A stretch of DNA of 64,000 nt from a virus (lineage: Duplodnaviria > Caudoviricetes): positions 1 to 64,000 of the IMG/VR virus record IMGVR_UViG_3300021254_000033; one strand, written 5' to 3'. Below, piece after piece: positions 6,753 through 15,615 of the stretch. A program made the translations under genes and the position numbers. The first letter of the stretch is position 1. Each line of letters begins with the position of its first letter. The notes beneath the pieces are model-generated. The model was not told the origin of the DNA and did not search any database. It saw nothing but the letters and a program-made list of their open reading frames with translations.

Positions 6753-7207
6753 ATCATTCTCATCAGTGTCTTTTCATTTGTAAAGGTTGCTGCAGTGTAC
6801 TTAATCTGATATGCAATTCCGTCCACTGTGATATCTCCGTCTTCGGTGAAGGGGACGTTATCCTTTTCCCATTCCTGTCCAAAGTATTCAGTTACCAGTT
6901 TTTCGAAGACTTCACCTTTATTATATTTTGTATTCTTTACTAATTCTTCAAAGAATCTTGCGGAGCAGAGGATTGTGTATCCGTTCTGCTTTAACAGTTC
7001 TCTTTGTGCCTTGTTCGGTTTGAATCTGAGACTGTAGCCCTGACCTCTGCCTGCCTTATCCAGCTTGCAAACGTAGGGGAGAACGCTGTCATCAGCCTTC
7101 ACGAGGTAGATATTATCATTCTCTTCGAAGCCGAAGAGGTATTCGCCTGTGTATGCGAGTTCCATATATGTTTCAATCATCTTCTTGAACAGTTCTAAAT
7201 TCTTCAT
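6740..7207 (-). CDS. Putative PD-(D/E)XK-like nuclease-fold protein
   Basis: C-terminal NKGEVFE...GDITVDGIAYQIK pattern (E...D...QxK). Confidence 0.6.
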   Translation of the reverse strand: MKNLELFKKMIETYMELAYTGEYLFGFEENDNIYLVKADDSVLPYVCKLDKAGRGQGYSLRFKPNKAQRELLKQNGYTILCSARFFEELVKNTKYNKGEVFEKLVTEYFGQEWEKDNVPFTEDGDITVDGIAYQIKYTAATFTNEKTLMRMMKRD

Positions 7208-7237
7208 TTTTGTTCTCCTTTCCTTCTTTCTGTAATC

Positions 7238-7266
7238 ATTGTATCATATCTGCCGGTCGCTGTCAA
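7238..7266 (-). promoter_or_regulatory. sigmaA promoter
   Basis: TTGACA-17-TACAAT, extended TG. Confidence 0.9.
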
Positions 7267-7430
7267 TACTTTTTTTAAAATTTTTTTCAGCTTCAGCTCC
7301 CTCATATTTCCAGTAAATATTTTCCTGCTTTGCAGCCGGGTGATTAGTTTCCATGATCTTCCAGCTCCAGCTCCTGTGTATTTCCAGATTCTTCCAAAGG
7401 ATCTGAAGGCATGGGAATCAGGGTAGGGGA

Positions 7431-7928
7431 TTACTCCCCTGCCCTTTCGTCTAACCATGTCAGCATCTTTCCAGATGTTTTCTTAAACTTGATTTTGTAA
7501 CAGGTCTTTCCGGATTCTTTATTCCATCCAGCCCACTCTGTTACAAACTCTCTGAATTCTGTAGCGTTCATCTCATAGATACTTGCTACGCCGTCGATGA
7601 TTGCCACATATGCCCATCTTGTAGAATGTACTCTGTCGAAGTACTCAGCCAACAGGCTTTCCATGTTTTCAGCGGTCGGCTCATCTCTGTACAGACAAGC
7701 AAGCGACGCACCGGAGCTTTTAACACTTATTCCCAGCTCTTCAATATCCGAACCCTTATCAAATGCGATGTGGTCCGTGTCGAATTTGAAACCGTAGCCA
7801 TAGAATTCCTGAGCGTAGCATTCCGCAAGATTGCCACCGTTTCCGATAGCTTTTCCTATTTGATACTTATTCCCCTTACCCTCAAGACGGGTGAACGTGG
7901 CGCCTGTAGTGTGATAAAATTTTAACAT
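7431..7928 (-). CDS. Putative PD-(D/E)XK-like protein, apparent circular permutant of 6740..7207
   Basis: N-terminal NGGNLAE...SDIEELGISVK pattern; C-terminal YKIKFK matches YSLRFK of the neighbour's N-terminus. Confidence 0.6.
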   Translation of the reverse strand: MLKFYHTTGATFTRLEGKGNKYQIGKAIGNGGNLAECYAQEFYGYGFKFDTDHIAFDKGSDIEELGISVKSSGASLACLYRDEPTAENMESLLAEYFDRVHSTRWAYVAIIDGVASIYEMNATEFREFVTEWAGWNKESGKTCYKIKFKKTSGKMLTWLDERAGE

Positions 7929-7958
7929 TGTTTTTTCTCCTTTCCTACTTCTCCATCT

Positions 7959-7988
7959 ATTCTATCACACTCAACAAGAAAAGTACAA
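7959..7988 (-). promoter_or_regulatory. Probable sigmaA promoter
   Basis: TTGTAC-18-TAGAAT. Confidence 0.55.
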
Positions 7989-8220
7989 TCAAATTTTCTT
8001 ATGACGTCATAAAAATCTTTGATGGGGGATCATCAAAAGAAAACCTACTAAAAAAATAAAACATACCACCCTAAAATTATTTTCGCCTTTTTCTACAAAT
8101 GATCACCCTTACATATGTATTACTTTTTCAATATATATGTAAGATACATATATGCGACGATGGGGGTACATTTTAGGTTTTTCGCATGGTAAATCCTGGA
8201 AATCGTACGGGCCTGGAATT

Positions 8221-8262
8221 TTCGTACTCTGAAATAATTTTTTCGTACTCTGAAATAATTTT
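8221..8262. repeat. Perfect 21 bp tandem repeat x2 (TTCGTACTCTGAAATAATTTT)
   Basis: Units 8221-8241 and 8242-8262 are identical. Confidence 0.95.
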
Positions 8263-8289
8263 TCAACCTCTCTACCCCTCCAGGAAAAT

Positions 8290-8318
8290 TTGACACCCTT
8301 CCCAATCTGTGCTATACT
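8290..8318 (+). promoter_or_regulatory. sigmaA promoter, divergent from the cassette array
   Basis: TTGACA-17-TATACT, extended TG. Confidence 0.9.
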
Positions 8319-8356
8319 ATTATTAGATGCGGGAAATATACGAAAAGGAATGAAAA

Positions 8357-9739
8357 ATGAGAAATAGACTAAAACTCGACTGGGCGCTCACTACATCATC
8401 TGAACGCTCATCTTTCATTAACAACTACATACAAAGCGAAACTTTCTCCAAAATAAAGCCGACTTCAGATGAACTAGAAACAATGGCTAATTACGTACTC
8501 TGGGGAAAAGACGAAGATGGACTCAACTCCGATCAGCGCAAAGAAATTGAGATGCCCCGCAAATACTCCACCTGGGCCGCTCAAAACATTGACTCCCTAG
8601 ACGAAAAAATTGATTCGCCATCTTTCTCCGAAGGAACGCTCCAAAAGCTCGGCACTACCCCCCTAACCAAAAAACCAAAAGAAAGTTTCTCCAGAGAAGA
8701 AACCAGAAACACTGCGCCACCCTCTACTCTACCTCTCTTCGAGGAACTTTGGGAGAGAATCGACTACACCGAACTCCTCATCAACCTCTACGAAGAAAAA
8801 ACCGGAAAGCGCAAAAAACCTCCTCGTGACGAACTTCTCCAACGCTTTTCAGAAGAAAAACTCCAAAAAATTCAAGAGAAAGCCACAACCCTTTCTCAGT
8901 ATAAGTATTTGAAGTTGAAGCATTTACTTGTGGAGTTGCGCCGGGAGCAGTATACGTTGAAGGATTCGTATGCGGAGGGAATTTGTAGGAGGAGTTATGG
9001 AGAGGTCAATACGGGAGTTGAACTGGTTGAGGAAGTGGCAGACGTTTTTAGGAAGTTGGACGTTTTTGAGGAAGAGGTTCCCGTGCTTCCGTTGGGAGTT
9101 ATGGAGAAGAAAGGAAGTGGTTTTTGGAGAGAAAGAGAAGATATTATTCCGGAGAACTTTGGGGAAGAAGAGATTTTGGAATTTTCTAAAGTTTTTTGGG
9201 AAAAAGAAGACATTAGAGAAAGAGTAGAAGGCGCGAGCCCGTCATCTGAAGTGAAGTATTTTGATTTTAGAGATTTGGAGATGGTTTATCAGTTGCTTTT
9301 GGAGTATCAAGAGATGTCGAGAGATAGTCAGGTTTGGTTGAGGAATACTTCGAAATTGATTCAGACGCTTTTTTATTATGTGGAAGAGGCGCATTTGACT
9401 GAAATTCAGGAGAAGATACTGCGGCTGAAGATGCGGCGGGTCAAAAATCAGGATATTGCTAATCAGATTAATGGGGAATATGGGAAGAGTTATACTGCTA
9501 ACTATATTTCGACTATTTTTAGGCAGAAGATTATTCCTGAGATTAATGGCGCGGCCGCACTCCATGCGCAACTTGTTAGTAGCCTTCCTTTTGAGGAAGA
9601 GTTTAAGCGATGTACAAGATGCGGCCGAGTGCTTTTGCGCGATCCTGTTAATTTTGTAAGGAAGAAGAGAGCCAAAGATGGCTTGTCTAGCAGATGTAAG
9701 AAGTGTGATAAAGAGGAAAGAGAGAGGAATAAGAGATGA
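8357..9739 (+). CDS. Putative transcription regulator: sigma-region-4/HTH-like motif plus C-terminal Cys4 zinc ribbon
   Basis: LTEIQEKILRLKMRRVKNQDIA...YISTI; CTRC...CKKC; first gene of the morphogenesis strand. Confidence 0.6.
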   Translation: MRNRLKLDWALTTSSERSSFINNYIQSETFSKIKPTSDELETMANYVLWGKDEDGLNSDQRKEIEMPRKYSTWAAQNIDSLDEKIDSPSFSEGTLQKLGTTPLTKKPKESFSREETRNTAPPSTLPLFEELWERIDYTELLINLYEEKTGKRKKPPRDELLQRFSEEKLQKIQEKATTLSQYKYLKLKHLLVELRREQYTLKDSYAEGICRRSYGEVNTGVELVEEVADVFRKLDVFEEEVPVLPLGVMEKKGSGFWREREDIIPENFGEEEILEFSKVFWEKEDIRERVEGASPSSEVKYFDFRDLEMVYQLLLEYQEMSRDSQVWLRNTSKLIQTLFYYVEEAHLTEIQEKILRLKMRRVKNQDIANQINGEYGKSYTANYISTIFRQKIIPEINGAAALHAQLVSSLPFEEEFKRCTRCGRVLLRDPVNFVRKKRAKDGLSSRCKKCDKEERERNKR

Positions 9740-9978
9740 GTAAGAGTTCAAAACGCTGGGATGTTTTTATGGAACATTTGTTTAAGTTAGATGTCGTTGA
9801 ATTTATTGGGGTTGCGAAAATGCTGGGGATTGATGTTGTAAGTGATCCTAAGGATTTTGAAGATCCCGGAAAGGGATTTCCGGAGGTTTTTGCGGAGATA
9901 CTTGATAAATTCAATGCTCTTGATAGAAGAAAACAACGTAATCTTTTGAAGATTATGAAGAAGGCAGGGAAGAAATAA
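9736..9978 (+). CDS. Hypothetical protein (80 aa)
   Basis: ATGA overlap with the upstream gene; abuts the next gene. Confidence 0.8.
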   Translation: MSKSSKRWDVFMEHLFKLDVVEFIGVAKMLGIDVVSDPKDFEDPGKGFPEVFAEILDKFNALDRRKQRNLLKIMKKAGKK

Positions 9979-10983
9979 ATGGCTTTAAAGACTAATATAC
10001 AACCTCCAAGAAAATTTTTTATTAAGAAGTGCGCGAAGTGCGGCCAGGACTTTGGTCCAGAGAACTACTCTCAAACTAAATCTTTTTTCTTTCCTGATGG
10101 TTATTTGACTATTTGTAATGATTGTATAGATGAGTGGCTGCGCGCTGACGACTATAGTTGGGACGCAGTCAGTAAATTATGCCAATGCGCGGATATTCCT
10201 TTTATTCCTGCTAAATGGGAAGAGATGTATGAGATTAATGGGAAGCAAGCTTTTCAAATGTATGCTGAAGTTTTCTTGGAAAAGGAATACGAAGGGTTAC
10301 ACTGGGCAGATTATAATGATGAGTTTAGGAGACTTAAGGATTTAGGTGGTATTGAGGAACAGCTACCTTTGATTTCTGAAGAACATCGGAAGAAGTTGAG
10401 AGAAAAATGGGGAGCCAACTATGACGATGAGGGGTTGAATTATCTGGAAAATCTTTATAATGGCTTATTGATGACTCAAAATGTCTCGGGCGCCCTTCAG
10501 GGCGACCAGGCATTGAAGATTTGCAAAATTTCTTATGAACTGGATAGTAGAATTAGGTCTGGACAAGATTTTGATAAGATGTTGAGTTCTTATGATAAGC
10601 TGGTTAAGACTGCGGAATTTACTCCCAAGAATGTTAAGAGTGCAAGTGATTTTGAAAGTGTTGGTGAACTTTTTAGATGGCTTGAAAAAAGAGGATGGAA
10701 AAATCAGTTTTATGATGATGTTACTAAGGATATAGTTGATGAGACGATTATGAATATTCAGAATTGGAATCAGCGGCTGTATACTAATGAAACTGGAATT
10801 GGTGAGCAGATTACAGAGAGAATTGAGGCTTTGAAATCTGCTAAAAAGTTAGAAGAAACTGGTTATTATGGCTTGTCTAATCAGGAATATGATTTAGATG
10901 AATATGATAATGTTGGATATGAGGAACTTTTTAAGGCTGATGAGGAGTTTGTGGAAGATATAGGAGAAGATTTAAATGTCTAA
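9979..10983 (+). CDS. Probable terminase small subunit with N-terminal zinc finger
   Basis: CAKC...CNDC; immediately upstream of and overlapping TerL; acidic tail. Confidence 0.6.
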   Translation: MALKTNIQPPRKFFIKKCAKCGQDFGPENYSQTKSFFFPDGYLTICNDCIDEWLRADDYSWDAVSKLCQCADIPFIPAKWEEMYEINGKQAFQMYAEVFLEKEYEGLHWADYNDEFRRLKDLGGIEEQLPLISEEHRKKLREKWGANYDDEGLNYLENLYNGLLMTQNVSGALQGDQALKICKISYELDSRIRSGQDFDKMLSSYDKLVKTAEFTPKNVKSASDFESVGELFRWLEKRGWKNQFYDDVTKDIVDETIMNIQNWNQRLYTNETGIGEQITERIEALKSAKKLEETGYYGLSNQEYDLDEYDNVGYEELFKADEEFVEDIGEDLNV

Positions 10984-12769
10984 GGAATTGTTGTCAACTC
11001 ATGTTACTTTAGATCCAAGTGTTATTCAACGTGGTGAGCGCGAAGGTATAGAGTTAGATAAAGGGGTTATTTTAACTCCACCATATTTAGATAAGAATTA
11101 TGATCTTTTTACTAAATATGCTAATTTTTTTACCGCTTATCCTGACCTTTTTTTAGACCTCATTCAGCCGAAGGATTCTAATTTTAAATTGTTTTTCTAT
11201 CAGAGAATAGTTTTACGTTCTATTATGCGGTATAAGGAAGTTTATATTAGCGCTCCTCGTGCTTTTTCGAAATCTTTTATTACAATTTTAGGGTTAGTTT
11301 TACAATGTATCTTTATTCCAGGTACAAAACGTTTTATTTGCGCGCCTAATAAGAATCAGAGTGCGCAAATTGCTAAAGAAAAACTAACAGAAATCTTTGA
11401 AAGATGGCCTCTATTAAGAAAAGAAGTTATTGGTGGAGATATTTCTGATACACCTGGTAATTATGGTAAGGATTATGTAACTCTTAAATTTAGAAATGGT
11501 TCACAATTTGACGTTGTAGGCGCGCTGGATAGCCAACGTGGTGGCCGTAGACATGGCGGGCTAATAGACGAAGCTAGAGACCATGATGAAATAGAGATTA
11601 ATGAAATTGTTTTACCTCTGATGAATGTATCTAGAAGACTTCCAGATAATACTGTTAACGATAAGGAACCAAATCAAGAAGTAATTTGGATGACGAGTGC
11701 GGGATTGAAGGCTTCGTATGCTTATGACCATTTGATTGATGTCTTTGAAAACTCAATTATTAATCCACAAGAAGCTTTTGTGTTTGGTTGTGATTATAGA
11801 ATACCAGTTTTACATGGTTTACTTGATAAGACTTATATAAATAAATTAAAGATGTCTCCTTCTTATAGTGAAGAATCTTTTGCGAGGGAGTATCTTTCAA
11901 TTTGGAGTGGTTCTTCGAGTGAATCTTGGTTTAATTATGATAAGTTACAAAAATATCGGAAAATAAAAAATCCAGAAACGCACTTTTTGAATAGACCAAA
12001 CTCCCGACAATTTTACATATTATCAGTAGACGTAGGTCGTATATCCGACCAAACTGTTTGTTGTGTTTTTAGAGTTAATGTCGTACAAGGTAAATATTTA
12101 GCTACTTTGGTGAATCTATTTGTCCTAGGACGCACAGCAGAAACTAAACCTTTTGTAATACAAGCCACAGATTTAAAAAAGATTATAAGAGCTTTTCAAC
12201 CAAAAGAGGTTGTAATCGATACTAATGGTTTAGGAGTTGGCCTTGCTGATGAGATGATTAGAAGTCAGGTAGATGAAAACGGTGAAATTCTGCCGCCGTA
12301 CGGTTTCACTAATGATGATAATTATCGTAGAATTCAACCAAAAGATGCAATATGTATTTTGTATGGAATTAAAGCTAATGGTTCTTTGAATTCAAGAATC
12401 CATGGTAATGCTTATTCTCGTTTAAATAGCGGAAAAGTGCGCTTCTTGATTAAGGAACAAGAAGCAAAGAGCGCATTATTAGCTACTAAAATTGGACAAA
12501 AGATGTCTACAGAACAAAGGGTTAAGCGCCTTATGCCACATGAGATGACAAGTCGACTTTTTGATGAAATGTCAAACTTACGATTAAAAAGAACTGGAGC
12601 GTCCTTGGATATAGTTTTGGAGCAAATTAATTCTAGACATCCGAAGGATAAGTATTCTGCTTTTGCGTATGGTCTTTGGAGAATTAATGAATTAGAAGAA
12701 GAAGAATATACGAGAGGTAGTCGTCGAAATGGTGTGCGTAGACTTATATTTTTTACAGGAGGAAATTAA
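10976..12769 (+). CDS. terL: Terminase large subunit
   Basis: Walker A-like APRAFSKS, Walker B LIDEA, nuclease SVDVG, C-terminal KDKYSA. Confidence 0.92.
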   Translation: MSKELLSTHVTLDPSVIQRGEREGIELDKGVILTPPYLDKNYDLFTKYANFFTAYPDLFLDLIQPKDSNFKLFFYQRIVLRSIMRYKEVYISAPRAFSKSFITILGLVLQCIFIPGTKRFICAPNKNQSAQIAKEKLTEIFERWPLLRKEVIGGDISDTPGNYGKDYVTLKFRNGSQFDVVGALDSQRGGRRHGGLIDEARDHDEIEINEIVLPLMNVSRRLPDNTVNDKEPNQEVIWMTSAGLKASYAYDHLIDVFENSIINPQEAFVFGCDYRIPVLHGLLDKTYINKLKMSPSYSEESFAREYLSIWSGSSSESWFNYDKLQKYRKIKNPETHFLNRPNSRQFYILSVDVGRISDQTVCCVFRVNVVQGKYLATLVNLFVLGRTAETKPFVIQATDLKKIIRAFQPKEVVIDTNGLGVGLADEMIRSQVDENGEILPPYGFTNDDNYRRIQPKDAICILYGIKANGSLNSRIHGNAYSRLNSGKVRFLIKEQEAKSALLATKIGQKMSTEQRVKRLMPHEMTSRLFDEMSNLRLKRTGASLDIVLEQINSRHPKDKYSAFAYGLWRINELEEEEYTRGSRRNGVRRLIFFTGGN

Positions 12770-14262
12770 TGAGTGAAAAAATTGGTAACAATGATATTAA
12801 TAGATTATCCTCCTTCAAAAAAGCCAATTCTGGTATGATAGCAATTAATAATCAGGTATATACAGGTTATTTAGATGGTTCTAAAACAAGAGTTAGACGT
12901 AATTACACTTTAAAACAAGTTGAAAAGATTATTACGGATGGTTCTATTGAAGAACAACAAGAACTTTCAAGATATTATTTCATGAAAGATGGACTATATA
13001 AAAGATTAGTTATTTATTATGCTACTTTATTAAAATACACTGGTATTCTAATTCCAAATTCTGGTTTTGGGAAAAATCTCTCCACATCCCATATTAGAAA
13101 AAGGTATTTTAGTGCCTTAAATTTTTTAGAGAATGCTGATCTTGTTAATAAATTTAACTATATAGCCCAGAAAGTTTTTGTTGATGGTTGCTATTACGGA
13201 ATTATTCTGGCGGCGGACAAGGATAAACTTGTTATTATAGATTTACCTAGTAAATATTGCCGTTCTCGTTTTAAAGATTTAGATGGGAATGATATAATTG
13301 AGGTAGATCTTAGTTATTTTACGACTCTTTTAGATGAAAATGTAAGAGAGCAAACTTTAAGAGCTTATCCGAAAATTATTCGTGATGCTTATATTAAATA
13401 TCAGAAGTCTGGTTTATCTAAATGGTTTATGATACCAAGTGAGGTATCAGTTTGTTTCTCTTTATTTGATGGAACACCTTTATTTTTATCAACCATTCCT
13501 GCGATTATGCGCTATGATGATGCCGTAGAAACAGAGGCAGAGCGCGATGCGGAGGAAATTAGAAAAATTTTGGTTCAACATATGCCTCATATGCAGGATG
13601 GACGCTTAATTTTTGAACCTGAAGAAGCAGAAGAAATGCACCGTGGTGCAGTTAAGATGTTAAGTGGAAATAAAAATATTAGTGTTTTAACCACTTATGC
13701 CGATGCTGATGCTATTGTTTCTAAAACTACATCAGAGGCTTCTGCTAATAATTTAGAAAAAATGGTTCAAAATGTTTATAGTGAGACTGGCGCAAGTAGC
13801 CAAATTTTTGCTTCAACTGGTAGCGCCACTTTAGCCACATCAATAAAAAATGATTTAGGACTTGTTATGGTTTTAGCCAACAAGTTTGCATCTATTATTA
13901 CTAAAATTGTTAATCAATTATTCTCTAATAGTAATATTGATTTTAAGTATAATATATTACCTATTAGTTATTATAATGAAGATGAATATTTAGATAATTC
14001 TTTTAAATTAGCAAGTTCTGGTTACAGTTTATTACTACCAGCCTTGACAATGGGGATGTCACAAAGAGATATAATGAATATTAAGGAACTCGAGAATGAC
14101 GTCTTAAATATGGTTGACAATTTAGTACCACCTCGAACCTCTTACACTGAATCTGGTGAAGTAGGCGCGCCGAAGAAGGCAGAAGAGGATAAATCACCTA
14201 AAACTTTGGCTAATGAGCAGTCTTTAGATAACCAGACCAGGGAGGCCCCAAATAATGAGTAA
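12769..14262 (+). CDS. Portal protein
   Basis: Position after TerL, 497 aa, acidic/basic C-terminal tail. Confidence 0.8.
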   Translation: MSEKIGNNDINRLSSFKKANSGMIAINNQVYTGYLDGSKTRVRRNYTLKQVEKIITDGSIEEQQELSRYYFMKDGLYKRLVIYYATLLKYTGILIPNSGFGKNLSTSHIRKRYFSALNFLENADLVNKFNYIAQKVFVDGCYYGIILAADKDKLVIIDLPSKYCRSRFKDLDGNDIIEVDLSYFTTLLDENVREQTLRAYPKIIRDAYIKYQKSGLSKWFMIPSEVSVCFSLFDGTPLFLSTIPAIMRYDDAVETEAERDAEEIRKILVQHMPHMQDGRLIFEPEEAEEMHRGAVKMLSGNKNISVLTTYADADAIVSKTTSEASANNLEKMVQNVYSETGASSQIFASTGSATLATSIKNDLGLVMVLANKFASIITKIVNQLFSNSNIDFKYNILPISYYNEDEYLDNSFKLASSGYSLLLPALTMGMSQRDIMNIKELENDVLNMVDNLVPPRTSYTESGEVGAPKKAEEDKSPKTLANEQSLDNQTREAPNNE

Positions 14263-15595
14263 TATTAAGGAGTTCCCAGTTACATTTTATGGAAATTTAG
14301 AAAGTTTTTCTGATACTATTTCAAAAGCGCGCTGTAGGATTTTTTATACTGGATTAAATCGTAATGGTAGTTTTATTACACAAGAATTTGCTAATTCTTT
14401 ATTAGAAACTATTCCTTATGCACCAGTAAAAGGTATTTATGAAGGTGATGATTTTACTGACCATGGTCAAGAACGTTCACAAGGACAAATTTACGGTGTA
14501 GTTCCAGAGAATCCTAATTTAACATGGGAAGAACATCTAGACGAAGATGGTAATGTTAGAGTATATGCCTGTGTAGATGTTTTAGTTTATACAAGTTTGT
14601 ATAAAGAGGCTTCTGAAATACTTGGAAAAAGCCAATCTATGGAATTATTCCCTCCGTCTATAAAGGGTGAATGGGAATTTATCGAAGGGCGCAGAGTCTT
14701 TAAATATACCGCTGGAAGTTTTTTAGGATTACAAATTTTAGGGGATAAGGTTGAACCTTGTTTTGAAGGGGCTGCGTTTTTTAGTCTTTATCAATCTTTA
14801 TATCAAAAGTATCAAGATTTCTTAAAGACACAAGAAGTAAAAGGAGGACAGCGAGAAATGAACTTTAAACTTTCTGATTCTCAAAAACATAATTTACTAT
14901 GGACTTTACTTAATCCTAATTATACAGAAGAAGGAGATTGGTTATGTGAATACTCCATTTTAGATGTATATGATGATTATGCACTTTGTTATAACTATGA
15001 AAATGGTGAATATGAAAGAGTATATTATTCTAAAGATGACAAAAGTGATAATGTAGCCATTGGGGAAAAAGTAAAAGTTTTTGTAATTGATGTTACTGAA
15101 TCTGAGAAACAATCTTTAGATGTTATTCGCACTTTAAATGGCGAAACTTACGAAAAAATTGAAAATGTTTTCTCTGAAAAAGATGAATTAAATAATAAAA
15201 ATTCAGAATTTGAACATAAAATTGAAGAGCAGGCAGAAATTATTTCTACTTTAACTTCAGAAAAGGAACAGTTTTCTGCAGATTTAGAAGCAGCACAGGA
15301 AAGTATTAAGACACTTACCACTGAAAATGCTGATCTAATTTCTTTCAAAAAAAGTGTAGAGTTAGCTGAAAAAGAACAGGTTATTGATTCTTATTTTAAC
15401 TTACTAGGAGAAGAATTGTTAAATTCTTATAAAGAAAAGATTGATGAGTTTACTGCTACAGAGTTAGATAAAGAATTAGCTTATGAACTTAAAAAGACTA
15501 ACTTTTCTGCTTTTTCTGAACAAAATGAAGGCTTAATTCCTAAAGATGTTCCTGCAAAAGGAATTGAAGGTATTTTATCTAAATATAAAAAATAA
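14255..15595 (+). CDS. Prohead protease/scaffold fusion
   Basis: N-terminal GLQILGDKVEPCFEGA protease-like region; C-terminal acidic coiled coil; sits between portal and capsid genes. Confidence 0.75.
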   Translation: MSNIKEFPVTFYGNLESFSDTISKARCRIFYTGLNRNGSFITQEFANSLLETIPYAPVKGIYEGDDFTDHGQERSQGQIYGVVPENPNLTWEEHLDEDGNVRVYACVDVLVYTSLYKEASEILGKSQSMELFPPSIKGEWEFIEGRRVFKYTAGSFLGLQILGDKVEPCFEGAAFFSLYQSLYQKYQDFLKTQEVKGGQREMNFKLSDSQKHNLLWTLLNPNYTEEGDWLCEYSILDVYDDYALCYNYENGEYERVYYSKDDKSDNVAIGEKVKVFVIDVTESEKQSLDVIRTLNGETYEKIENVFSEKDELNNKNSEFEHKIEEQAEIISTLTSEKEQFSADLEAAQESIKTLTTENADLISFKKSVELAEKEQVIDSYFNLLGEELLNSYKEKIDEFTATELDKELAYELKKTNFSAFSEQNEGLIPKDVPAKGIEGILSKYKK

Positions 15596-15615
15596 AAATA
15601 TGGAGGCATACTAAA

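Larger units (their letters stand above)
1..7347. repeat. Dispersed cassette-boundary element: GCCCGGGC palindrome, often with adjacent GTTAG-N6-CTAAC inverted repeat
   Basis: Perfect GCCCGGGC at 678, 789, 1763, 2561, 3838, 4979, 6271, 6704; 1-mismatch copies at 1227, 3033, 4324, 5572; degenerate at 7335. GTTAG-N6-CTAAC at 1239, 4334, 4993, 5586; variants at 6687, 3847 and 7 (half, window edge). Confidence 0.95.

Noticed and set aside
7421-7444. Hairpin GGGCAGGGGA/TCCCCTACCC as a terminator
   Set aside because: It has a mismatch on the transcribed strand and no U tract, so it was not listed as a terminator.
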